A stretch of 64,000 nt of DNA from Promethearchaeota archaeon (GTDB lineage Archaea; Asgardarchaeota; Lokiarchaeia; Sigyniarchaeales; SOKP01): NCBI GenBank assembly GCA_048938855.1, contig JBHLLT010000001.1, forward strand, positions 470,541 through 534,540, given 5' to 3'. The notes under the pieces are model-generated. The model saw only the letters and a program-made list of their open reading frames with translations, was not told where the DNA came from and made no database searches. Shown here in pieces: positions 1 through 8,387 of this stretch; within the stretch, counting starts at the first letter, position 1, and every line of letters starts with the position of its first letter. A program made the position numbers and the translations under genes.

Positions 1-279
1 AGTATAAAATTCTGATCGAGAAGTCACAAAATCTACCAACGAGGGGATGTAATGAAAATAACACCCAGCTCCTAAAAAAGAACTTGTATATAATTCATTT
101 TTTTTAGAAATATTCTCTAATTGATGTAAAATATCTGGTTCAGATAATCCAGATGATATATTAAGTTTTTTAATAAGTAAATCACTAGGCACATCTTTAA
201 ATAATTCTTGTAAAGTTTTTACACCAATTACATTCAGCATTTCTTCAATTGTTTGGTTATCGTGAGACACAAAATCCAA
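1..279 (-). CDS. gcvPA: Glycine dehydrogenase (decarboxylating) subunit 1, N-terminal part (runs off window start)
   Basis: Manual translation from TTG at 279 gives MDFVSHDNQTIEEMLNVIGVKTLQELFKDVP...SFLGAGCYFHYIPSLVDFVTSRSEFYT, the typical GcvPA N-terminus. It lies directly downstream of gcvT-gcvH and is not in the ORF track. Confidence 0.92.
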   Translation of the reverse strand, partial: MDFVSHDNQTIEEMLNVIGVKTLQELFKDVPSDLLIKKLNISSGLSEPDILHQLENISKKNELYTSSFLGAGCYFHYIPSLVDFVTSRSEFYT

Positions 280-335
280 TTTAAACAACTCAATTAATTT
301 TTCAAAAATTAAATAAAACTATAAAGAAAAAGATT

Positions 336-731
336 TTAATTTTTTTCATTTTGGATTATTTCTTTATATTCTTCATTAGACAAAAGCTCATCTATTTCAC
401 TTGGATGAGAAAACTTAATTTTAATCATCCAACCTTTTTCATACGGAGATGAATTAACTAGTTCTGGATTATTAGCAATATTATCGTTAATAGCAATAAT
501 TTCTCCAGATAATGGCATGATTAGATCTCCAACTGCTTTTACGGATTCAATTTCTGCTGCGTTACTTCCTTTTTCGAACACCATACCAATTTCAGGAAGT
601 TCTACAAATACAATATCACCCAATTGATGTTGGGCAAAATCAGTTATTCCTACTATTGCTATTGAATCTTCAAGTTTAATCCATTCATGAGTTGATGTAT
701 ATTTTAAATTATTGGGTAATTTATGTTCCAT
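336..731 (-). CDS. gcvH: Glycine cleavage system H protein
   Basis: YTSTHEW, VGITDFAQHQLGDIVFVELP, lipoyl-Lys motif IESVKA, NSSPYEKGW. Confidence 0.97.
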   Translation of the reverse strand: MEHKLPNNLKYTSTHEWIKLEDSIAIVGITDFAQHQLGDIVFVELPEIGMVFEKGSNAAEIESVKAVGDLIMPLSGEIIAINDNIANNPELVNSSPYEKGWMIKIKFSHPSEIDELLSNEEYKEIIQNEKN

Positions 732-769
732 ATTTGTTCACCTTTTCTTCACTAAATATACTGTTATTT

Positions 770-1867
770 TTACACATTACGGTAAAAGGGTGTAGTTGCT
801 ATTTTTCCTTTCAAAAGTTTATTGCGAATTTCTATATTGATCTCAGTACCTACATCCTTATATTGTTTTTTTACAAGGCCCAAACCTATTGTTTTTTTAA
901 GAGTTGGGGAATACCCTCCAGAAGTAACAAATCCAATCTCATCACTGTTCTTAAAGATTTTATATTTTTCTCTAATAATACCTTTATCAATTAAATTAAG
1001 ACCTACTAATACTCTATCTGTCCCCTCAGATTTCTGCTTCAATAAGATTTTTTTTCCTATGTAATCTATTCCCTCTTTTGGTTTTACTAACCAAAAAAGA
1101 CCCGCCTCAATAGGAGAAATTGTATCACTTATCTCATGGCCGTAAAGTGAGTAACAGGCTTCTAGTCTTAAAGAATCTCTTGCTCCTAATCCTGCTGGTT
1201 TGGCACCAGTGGCAATTAAAATAGTCCATATCGTTTCTGCAAACTCATTTTCAAATGATATTTCAAATCCTTTCTCTCCGGTGTAACCAGTTCTAGCTAT
1301 AAAAACAGGGTTTTCTTTAATTGAGCAATGAGTGAAAAAGAATCGATTGATCTTTGATAAATCTACATCTACTAATGGTTGTAGCAAAGTATCTGCATTA
1401 GGGCCTTGAAAAGCCATGCGAGTTCTTTTTTCCGATAGATTTGTAATCTTTACATCCATATTTCCAATATGATCTTCTAACCATTTCAAATCTTTTTCGA
1501 TATTACTAGCATTAACGATCATTCTAAAGCGTTCAGAAGTTTCCTCGTAATAAACAAGGTCGTCTACAACAGTCCCATTTTCAAAGCACATGCAAGAATA
1601 TTGTCCTTTAGAAGGTTCCAATAAATTAAGATCATTTATCATCATATATTGAAGAAAATCAATTACATCTTTTCCTTCGAGAAGAAATTCTCCCATATGT
1701 GATATATCGAAAACTCCAGCATTAGATCGAACGTTTTCGTGTTCTTTTATAATACTATCATATTGAACTGGCATCATCCAACCAGCAAAACTAACCATAC
1801 GCGCTCCAAGGTTTAAATGGGTCATGTAAAGAGGAGTCTTTTTATTATGTGTTGATTCAGAGTTCAT
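770..1867 (-). CDS. gcvT: Glycine cleavage system aminomethyltransferase T
   Basis: KTPLY, FAGWMMPVQY, FDISHMG, ARTGYTGEKGFE, GLGARDSLRLEA. Confidence 0.97.
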   Translation of the reverse strand: MNSESTHNKKTPLYMTHLNLGARMVSFAGWMMPVQYDSIIKEHENVRSNAGVFDISHMGEFLLEGKDVIDFLQYMMINDLNLLEPSKGQYSCMCFENGTVVDDLVYYEETSERFRMIVNASNIEKDLKWLEDHIGNMDVKITNLSEKRTRMAFQGPNADTLLQPLVDVDLSKINRFFFTHCSIKENPVFIARTGYTGEKGFEISFENEFAETIWTILIATGAKPAGLGARDSLRLEACYSLYGHEISDTISPIEAGLFWLVKPKEGIDYIGKKILLKQKSEGTDRVLVGLNLIDKGIIREKYKIFKNSDEIGFVTSGGYSPTLKKTIGLGLVKKQYKDVGTEINIEIRNKLLKGKIATTPFYRNV

Positions 1868-1966
1868 AATTTCTACACAATGTTATAGTACTAATGTGTT
1901 TGGTTTATATAGTGGAATAGGAGAAATCATAAAAATTTATTTATTAGATATATTATAATAAAGAAA

Positions 1967-2839
1967 ATGAATGAAAAAAATAATAATAATTATTATTTAT
2001 CATTAAAAGACATTATATCTGAGAGTCTTTTAAGAGATTTGATACTATTCACTTTCCTATTTCTTTTAATCCTTACTCAAGGATGGGAAAATATATTTTT
2101 ATTATTATTTCCTTTAATTACATTTGTATTTTCATTGTTCTTTAGAATTCTTAGTAGCAGCAAATTGAAAACGGAATTCACTAATAGTATTATTATATAT
2201 AATCCGTTAGGGCTTGAAAAAAAAAGTGCGAACCGACTTTTCTATTGTACACTCTTCCAACTAATTTTGATATTTTGGATTGGAGGTGAGTCATTATATG
2301 ATTCACACATTGTTCAAAATTATTACTCATTTTTTTTAGGATTTCTTGTGTTTTTATATACATTTAGTTTCTTTTGGATTTTTACTGATTCTTGGAAATA
2401 TACGAAAATAGAAATATTAGATGAATTATCTAAAGCTAATTCAATTTCATTATCATCGGAGGATGATAAAAAAATACTTTCCTATCTTTCATTACAAAAT
2501 ATTAAGTTCGTAGCTTATATCACATTCTTAATTTTCATCTCAATTAACATTTTAAACATATTAATGCTTTTCATCACAAATTATAGTAATATTGGAATGC
2601 AAGTAATTCTTCCTGGTTCTCAAATTCTAACAATTTCATATTTGTTCTTTGGATTTCTATTTATTTCACCAATTATAGCTGTTTTTATTTTAATTAAGAA
2701 TTATAAAATTATCAATAAAATTGATAAAAAGAAATTAGAAAATATTCTTGAGTCATTACCTAGAAATGTTCAAATAAAAATAACTGAAAACCTTAAAGCA
2801 TTGAACATTAAAAATATAAAACAATTAAGACGTGAATAA
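1967..2839 (+). CDS. Multi-pass membrane protein of unknown function
   Basis: 290 aa ORF with about 6 hydrophobic segments; no recognised motif. Confidence 0.7.
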   Translation: MNEKNNNNYYLSLKDIISESLLRDLILFTFLFLLILTQGWENIFLLLFPLITFVFSLFFRILSSSKLKTEFTNSIIIYNPLGLEKKSANRLFYCTLFQLILIFWIGGESLYDSHIVQNYYSFFLGFLVFLYTFSFFWIFTDSWKYTKIEILDELSKANSISLSSEDDKKILSYLSLQNIKFVAYITFLIFISINILNILMLFITNYSNIGMQVILPGSQILTISYLFFGFLFISPIIAVFILIKNYKIINKIDKKKLENILESLPRNVQIKITENLKALNIKNIKQLRRE

Positions 2840-2881
2840 AACAAGAAATTTATTTAGTTAATTTCACAATTTGCATACTTT

Positions 2882-3415
2882 TTATTCTAATTGTTCCTTA
2901 TTTTTAAGAATTGTACGAGTAATTAGTTCAAATATCTTTTTATTATTTTCTCCGCTTTTTGAAGAAGTCTCAATAAAATAATTAATATTATACTTTTCCT
3001 TAAATTTTTCAGCTTGTTCAAAATTAACACTTCTCCTTTCATCTGCTAAATCTGCTTTTTCTCCTACCAAAATAAATACAGGGTTATTAGCATTAGAATT
3101 TACAATTTGATACCATTCCTCTAAATTATCAAAACTAATTCTGCGTGTTATATCATAACATAATAAGCAACCTGTTGCTCCTCTTGAATAATTAGGTAAA
3201 AAAATTCTAAATCGCTTTTCTCCTGCGAAATCCCAGATCTGAAGATTGGCATTTATTTTTCGATTGATTTTAATGCGGTGGATTAAGAGATCTGTCCCTA
3301 TAGTGATTTTTTGAGGAATAAATTGTCCTGTCGCCAATCTCTGTATCATTGTACTTTTTCCGACGCCTCCATCTCCTACAACGACGATTTTAAAGAGAAG
3401 TTTTCGATTTGACAT
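2882..3415 (-). CDS. Rab-like small GTPase (Ras superfamily)
   Basis: G1 GDGGVGKS, G2 TIG, G3 WDFAGE, G4 EKAD, G5 ETSSK; RabF-like segments; no C-terminal prenylation Cys. Confidence 0.92.
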   Translation of the reverse strand: MSNRKLLFKIVVVGDGGVGKSTMIQRLATGQFIPQKITIGTDLLIHRIKINRKINANLQIWDFAGEKRFRIFLPNYSRGATGCLLCYDITRRISFDNLEEWYQIVNSNANNPVFILVGEKADLADERRSVNFEQAEKFKEKYNINYFIETSSKSGENNKKIFELITRTILKNKEQLE

Positions 3416-3592
3416 TGTTTTTGGTTTGAACTGAGAAATTAATATAATTATAATAAATATCGAATTTAATTAATTTTTGTTTCTATAAATAATAGATTAA
3501 ACGGAGTTTTCATTCAAGTTGCAAAGAATCTATCATCATATAAGAAATCAGTTATTAAGTTAAAGTAATAATAAAAAATTAAAAATAATTAA

Positions 3593-4537
3593 TTAATCTT
3601 CCAGAATATCCTTTAATTCATCTATGTTAAGTTTCAGATAGTTAGCGGATATTAATTCTTTACCCAAAAGAGTTAAGAAATTTTTCTTACGTTTCTTATT
3701 TAAAAACTTCTTCATCTCAGATAAATCAGGATTTGGATCAGTAATTTCTATTAGTTTTTTTTTAACTGCAGTATCTACTACTTTTTGTCCCACATCAGTT
3801 CTAATTATAAGCAATGCTTCCCCAGAACCTTTTGGAGCACCCCATGGTGAGTATGATATATCCGAAAATTCCCCTGAGAAATCAGTACAATATTTGCATC
3901 CTGTCATTCCTCCAGATGAACACGCATATGCTATTCTCAAAGATGTACGTTCTGCTCCTGTATTGAAATCTGATGTTAATATTTTTGCTAGACCTTGAAT
4001 ATGACATGGATTAGCTAAAATACCAATATCTCGCTTATATTCTTTATAAGCTTTTCCAATACCAGTAATTAAAGGCCCAGCGTTGTCCATTGTAGCTTTT
4101 GGTATATATTTTTTTGCATCTTTTGCATTATCTACTACAACAGGAAAAGCAACAGGTGGTTTTTTACTTTTAACTTCGCTTAAAACCATATTTTTTACAA
4201 TACCTGCTTCAAAACCTGCAACAACAAGATTATATAATATATCATCTTTATTTTTAGATTTAACTTGAATGATATCATTATAGACCCCAACTGCTAAATC
4301 TATGCGTGTCTTACCGAATAATTTCTCTTCAATCTTCGAGATTGGTAAAAAACTTCTTGGACATGAATTATAGCAGAGCCCTACAGTTTCAGCGCATTCA
4401 TCTACAACGTAAGCTTCGCCCGTTTCTTTATTAAAATCCATATGTGGACAGAATGCATTACATGAACCGCAATGAATACACAACCCAGAATAAATCACTT
4501 CATTTTCAAGATCTTGACTTGATTTTTCGACTTTCAT
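3593..4537 (-). CDS. Coenzyme F420 hydrogenase/dehydrogenase beta subunit (FrhB/FdhB/FpoF family), shortened
   Basis: N-terminal ferredoxin motifs CIHCGSCNAFCP and CYNSCP; NPCHIQG; GCKYCTDFSGEFSDIS; IIRTDVG. Confidence 0.82.
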   Translation of the reverse strand: MKVEKSSQDLENEVIYSGLCIHCGSCNAFCPHMDFNKETGEAYVVDECAETVGLCYNSCPRSFLPISKIEEKLFGKTRIDLAVGVYNDIIQVKSKNKDDILYNLVVAGFEAGIVKNMVLSEVKSKKPPVAFPVVVDNAKDAKKYIPKATMDNAGPLITGIGKAYKEYKRDIGILANPCHIQGLAKILTSDFNTGAERTSLRIAYACSSGGMTGCKYCTDFSGEFSDISYSPWGAPKGSGEALLIIRTDVGQKVVDTAVKKKLIEITDPNPDLSEMKKFLNKKRKKNFLTLLGKELISANYLKLNIDELKDILED

Positions 4538-4562
4538 AAAAATTCACTTTATGCTTTGTATC

Positions 4563-4580
4563 AGTGTGAAATTTCACACT
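4563..4580. promoter_or_regulatory. Perfect 18-bp palindrome AGTGTGAAATTTCACACT, probable transcription-factor operator
   Basis: Exact inverted repeat 26 bp upstream of the FrhB-like start and downstream of a minus-strand TATA-like TTATATAAA (~4619-4611). Confidence 0.65.
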
Positions 4581-4732
4581 AATTGAAATCTCCCACCAAT
4601 AAAAAGGTTTTTTATATAATTTTAAGTTGAAACTAAGTCTTTTTGAATTATTTAAGACAAAAAATTGTATTTAAATGAAGAACTGAAAGTTTTTAAGACT
4701 ATGAAGTGTTAAAAATAACATATTTTTTAGAT

Positions 4733-5020
4733 TTAATCTAATAATCTAGAACAAGTATCATTGAGTTTTTTTATTAAATGATCACGATCCTTCCAAGTAA
4801 TCCATGTGCTACCTGATTTCTCAAAATGAAATCCATCATATTGTTCACTTATTTTTGTTAATGTTTTTTTAACAAAGCTCCAAGAGAAACCAGTCTCCTC
4901 AACAATTTCAGCAATAGCAACAGGATGATTTAATTCGAGAGAATTGTTAAAATAATCAACGATCCTGTCAAAACCAGTTTTGGGAGCATCTTTATCTTCA
5001 GACATTACATTATTCCTCAA
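4733..5020 (-). CDS. Small winged-helix-like protein
   Basis: HTH-like IAEIVEETGFSWSFVKKTL followed by a beta-wing FHFEKSGSTWITW. Confidence 0.6.
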   Translation of the reverse strand: MRNNVMSEDKDAPKTGFDRIVDYFNNSLELNHPVAIAEIVEETGFSWSFVKKTLTKISEQYDGFHFEKSGSTWITWKDRDHLIKKLNDTCSRLLD

Positions 5021-5175
5021 TAATTATGCTTTTTTTAAAATTATATTTTTCTAATAACCAATATACAATAATAATGTGAAATTATTGATTAATGTTATTT
5101 TGGATTATATATAATTAATTTATCTAAATATAATATTTAATTTGTATAAATTAATTGTATTTTAAACTTATTCTT

Positions 5176-6384
5176 CTATTTTCTCATTTGAATGAATTTA
5201 CCAGATTTCATTAATTGACATGGAGTAAAATAGCCTAAATTTGATTCTCTGACAAAATTGTCAAGAAGATTTGTCCATTCTTTATATTTTTTTTTTCCTA
5301 CACCAAATGGTCCAGGTATATCCATTCCAGCAAGCATTGTATCATCTATAATTTTATAACCAGAAACTACTCCTTCCTCCAAGAGTTTACATCCCTCATT
5401 CAACTGAATTGCCAAAAAAAGTTCAAGATTGAGGATGTTTGCTTTTTTATCTGAGGTTATTAGTGGTTTCCCTTTGATCCATTTAAACAGACCTTCACCG
5501 GTTTTTCTACCCAATTTTCCTTCATTTACTAATCGTTTCAGGGTTTTACCAGGAGCAAAATCAGTAGAAACAACTTTTTCAAAGTATTTCATAGTGTTAT
5601 AAATAACATCAAGACCTAAATAATCCCATTTGGCAAATGGTCCAATTTTCATTATCTCTTTTACATCAGCATCAAGTGTTTCTAATGGGATTTCTTTCTC
5701 CATTGCATAATCTAAAAGCCAATTTATATAAGCAGTAGTTCCTAACATTAGCCGATTTACAATGAATCCTGGACTCTCTTTTTGTAGAATTGGTAAAAGT
5801 CTTTTTCCTTTGAGAGCAGGTAATCGATTGCAAAGGTTTTTTGTAATTTCAATAGTCTCTTCTGAAGTTTCTTTCCCTTTTATAATTTCAATTAATCTAA
5901 GTACTACTATAGGGGTAAAAAAATGACATCCGATTACTTTATCTGGTCTTCCTGATAAAGATGCGATTTTTGTTATACTCATCGTTGATGTATTAGTAGC
6001 TAAAATTACATGTTTAGGGGCAAACGTTCCTAATTTTTCAAAGAGTTCTTGTTTCAATTTCATTTTTTCTGGAATAGCTTCAAATATAAAGTCTACATTA
6101 GAGATTGACTTCTTTAGATTTATTTCAGTTTTAAGATTTCTCATAAGAGAAGAAGCTGTATAACCTTCTTTTAATAGTCCTTTGTTTTCTAATTTTATCA
6201 ACCCACTATGGATTTTCTTTTCTGCTAATTCGAGTATTTCACCATATAAATCATTTAAAATAACGTGTTCTAATCCTCCCATTAAAGCTACTTGAGCAAT
6301 TTCATGACCCATTGTTCCAGCACCAATAACAGCAACTCTATTAATATCGTTTATCTTTCCCATTTTGTAATTCATCACTTTCAA
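5176..6384 (-). CDS. 3-hydroxyacyl-CoA dehydrogenase (NAD-binding domain plus duplicated C-terminal domain)
   Basis: GAGTMG, EAIPE, ATNTST, HFFTP, PGFIVNR, LGRKTGEG. The true start may be a downstream ATG (MNYK or MGKI). Confidence 0.92.
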   Translation of the reverse strand: MKVMNYKMGKINDINRVAVIGAGTMGHEIAQVALMGGLEHVILNDLYGEILELAEKKIHSGLIKLENKGLLKEGYTASSLMRNLKTEINLKKSISNVDFIFEAIPEKMKLKQELFEKLGTFAPKHVILATNTSTMSITKIASLSGRPDKVIGCHFFTPIVVLRLIEIIKGKETSEETIEITKNLCNRLPALKGKRLLPILQKESPGFIVNRLMLGTTAYINWLLDYAMEKEIPLETLDADVKEIMKIGPFAKWDYLGLDVIYNTMKYFEKVVSTDFAPGKTLKRLVNEGKLGRKTGEGLFKWIKGKPLITSDKKANILNLELFLAIQLNEGCKLLEEGVVSGYKIIDDTMLAGMDIPGPFGVGKKKYKEWTNLLDNFVRESNLGYFTPCQLMKSGKFIQMRK

Positions 6385-6433
6385 TTAAAAATGATTAAAT
6401 TATGGTTATATTTATAAAGAATTTGAATTCAAA

Positions 6434-7480
6434 CTAAAGGAAAAAAGTTGAGATTAAAAACCATGAGAGTAACATTGTCCCTATTCCAAGAAATATTGAT
6501 ATAGGTAAACCTGGCAAAATTTTATTTCGTTTCAACCCTGAAATGGTAATTCCTGTTCCTATTATTGTTGCTAAAGCAGTTAAAATCATGACTATCAGAT
6601 TATTAGTTTGGACTAAAGCACTCGACGTAAGCATACTATAAAAAGCTAAATCTCCAATCCCAATCTCTATTTTTGAAGTATCATATTGATATTCCCCCTC
6701 TTTTATTTTTTTTTGTAATTCCTGTTCTAATATATCCACTTCTTCCTCTGGACTTGATGCAATATCTATTAATTGTTTGATAGGTCCACGCTTATATAAG
6801 ACTGCAAAAATATCCCAACAGGAAATCCCGATTAAGATAGCTAAAGTTGTCCATAAAGGCATTAAGACGCCCATGGATGCTCCAATTAACAACCCAATAT
6901 ATAAAACGATAAAGTTTTTTATTTTTATTGATTTTGAGGTAAAATATAAATATAACATAACCATAGTAAAGAAAGCTGCTAAGAATATTAATTCATAATA
7001 AAAAACATAGAATGCTACAGGTGAATTAGAAAATATTAAATATAAAAATATCTCCCCAAAAAACCACGTTTGAAAAAAACCAATTAACCCAAAACTAAAT
7101 CCAAAAATATACATTAATGCTCCAATACCTTTTTTCTTAATTATGAAAATAATAATAAATGCAGAAATTCCCGCTAATGCAGTATAAATTAATCCATTTA
7201 GTATTCCTCCTAATATACCATATTCGCTTTCCGGAATATAACCTCCATCAATTTGAATTCCAGCTTCAATATATGTTAAATAAGCTAGAATTGCTGCGAT
7301 AGTTATTACTAAAATTATTGGTATTGGATATAAATTTCTTTTGATTCTGTAAGTGGGGAAAAAATGAGGAATAGAGTCTTTTTTTACTAAATCAACATCT
7401 TTTTCTTCCATATTTGTCGAGTTGTTAATCTGTTGTTCTTCTGTGTTTTTTTCAGCTAATTTCTCTGTTGTATCTGTCAT
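6434..7480 (-). CDS. Presenilin-family intramembrane aspartyl protease (peptidase A22A-like)
   Basis: About 9 TM segments; WDIFAVL..RGP (YD motif), GIGDLAFYSML (GxGD), LPGLPISI (PAL motif variant). Confidence 0.92.
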   Translation of the reverse strand: MTDTTEKLAEKNTEEQQINNSTNMEEKDVDLVKKDSIPHFFPTYRIKRNLYPIPIILVITIAAILAYLTYIEAGIQIDGGYIPESEYGILGGILNGLIYTALAGISAFIIIFIIKKKGIGALMYIFGFSFGLIGFFQTWFFGEIFLYLIFSNSPVAFYVFYYELIFLAAFFTMVMLYLYFTSKSIKIKNFIVLYIGLLIGASMGVLMPLWTTLAILIGISCWDIFAVLYKRGPIKQLIDIASSPEEEVDILEQELQKKIKEGEYQYDTSKIEIGIGDLAFYSMLTSSALVQTNNLIVMILTALATIIGTGITISGLKRNKILPGLPISIFLGIGTMLLSWFLISTFFL

Positions 7481-7634
7481 AATTTCATAAAAATGATTAT
7501 AAAAAATAATTAATCTAATTTATAATAGAATTTATGACTTAAATACCTATTAATAATAAATTTAAACCCACATTTACATGTTTATTATCCATCCAAGAAA
7601 CTTCTTATAGAACGTAACTTTTAAAACTCTGATA

Positions 7635-8381
7635 ATGCCAAGATTTCAGAAGTATGAGCAAAAAATTCGCAATTACAAAAATAAGTTAAAAAATTTAATT
7701 ACAAGAATAGGAATAACTTACACGGACGAATTTGAATTAAATTTTGAAGCACCAAAAAAGCTTTCACTTCCTTGCCATATAGGAATTCTCTTTTTTGGAG
7801 ATTTTGATGAAGATCTGTTTGAGAAAATTAAAATTTATTTAGAAAAAATATTTGATTCTTTTTTTTTTTCCGTCAAGAACTTAGGTACTTTTAACTTTTC
7901 TTTTGAATTAATCTCAAAAGGCGTTAGAACAGAATATCGAAAGATAAGAAAATCATCTGATAATATAAAGATACATCCTACTAATAAGTTTTACCAGATT
8001 TTGATTAATAAAAGAGTAGAAGAAAACCTAGGGATGATAATTGCAGTGACAGATCTGCCTCTATATTCTAGTACTGATGATAATGTTATATTCCTATTTG
8101 GAGAAGCTCATTTAAAACATCGTTGTTGTGTAATATCATCATTGAAATTAAAAGAACAGTTTTATAATAAAAAACCAAATTTATCTATTTTTGAACAAAG
8201 AGTAATAAAAGAAACAATTCATGAAATTGGACACATCATATTAGGCTCAAATCATTGTCTTGATAACTCATGTGTTATGTGGTTCTCTCGTGATATAACA
8301 GAAATTGATAGTAAACTCTTTGATTTTTGTCACAGTTGTAAAGAAAAATTAGAACAAATTCGAGTAAACTATAATTTTTAA
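7635..8381 (+). CDS. amzA: Archaemetzincin-family zinc metalloprotease (M54)
   Basis: FLFGEA, KETIHEIGHIILGSNHC, Met-turn CVMWFS, FCHSC Cys4 Zn site. Confidence 0.85.
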   Translation: MPRFQKYEQKIRNYKNKLKNLITRIGITYTDEFELNFEAPKKLSLPCHIGILFFGDFDEDLFEKIKIYLEKIFDSFFFSVKNLGTFNFSFELISKGVRTEYRKIRKSSDNIKIHPTNKFYQILINKRVEENLGMIIAVTDLPLYSSTDDNVIFLFGEAHLKHRCCVISSLKLKEQFYNKKPNLSIFEQRVIKETIHEIGHIILGSNHCLDNSCVMWFSRDITEIDSKLFDFCHSCKEKLEQIRVNYNF

Positions 8382-8387
8382 AAAAAC

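Noticed and set aside
3593-4537. Selenoprotein (UGA read-through) in the FrhB-like gene or other ORFs
   Set aside because: This ORF has no in-frame TGA and ends in TAA. The TGA-terminated genes I checked are complete by family length, and read-through meets a stop or the neighbouring gene. No convincing SECIS was seen.
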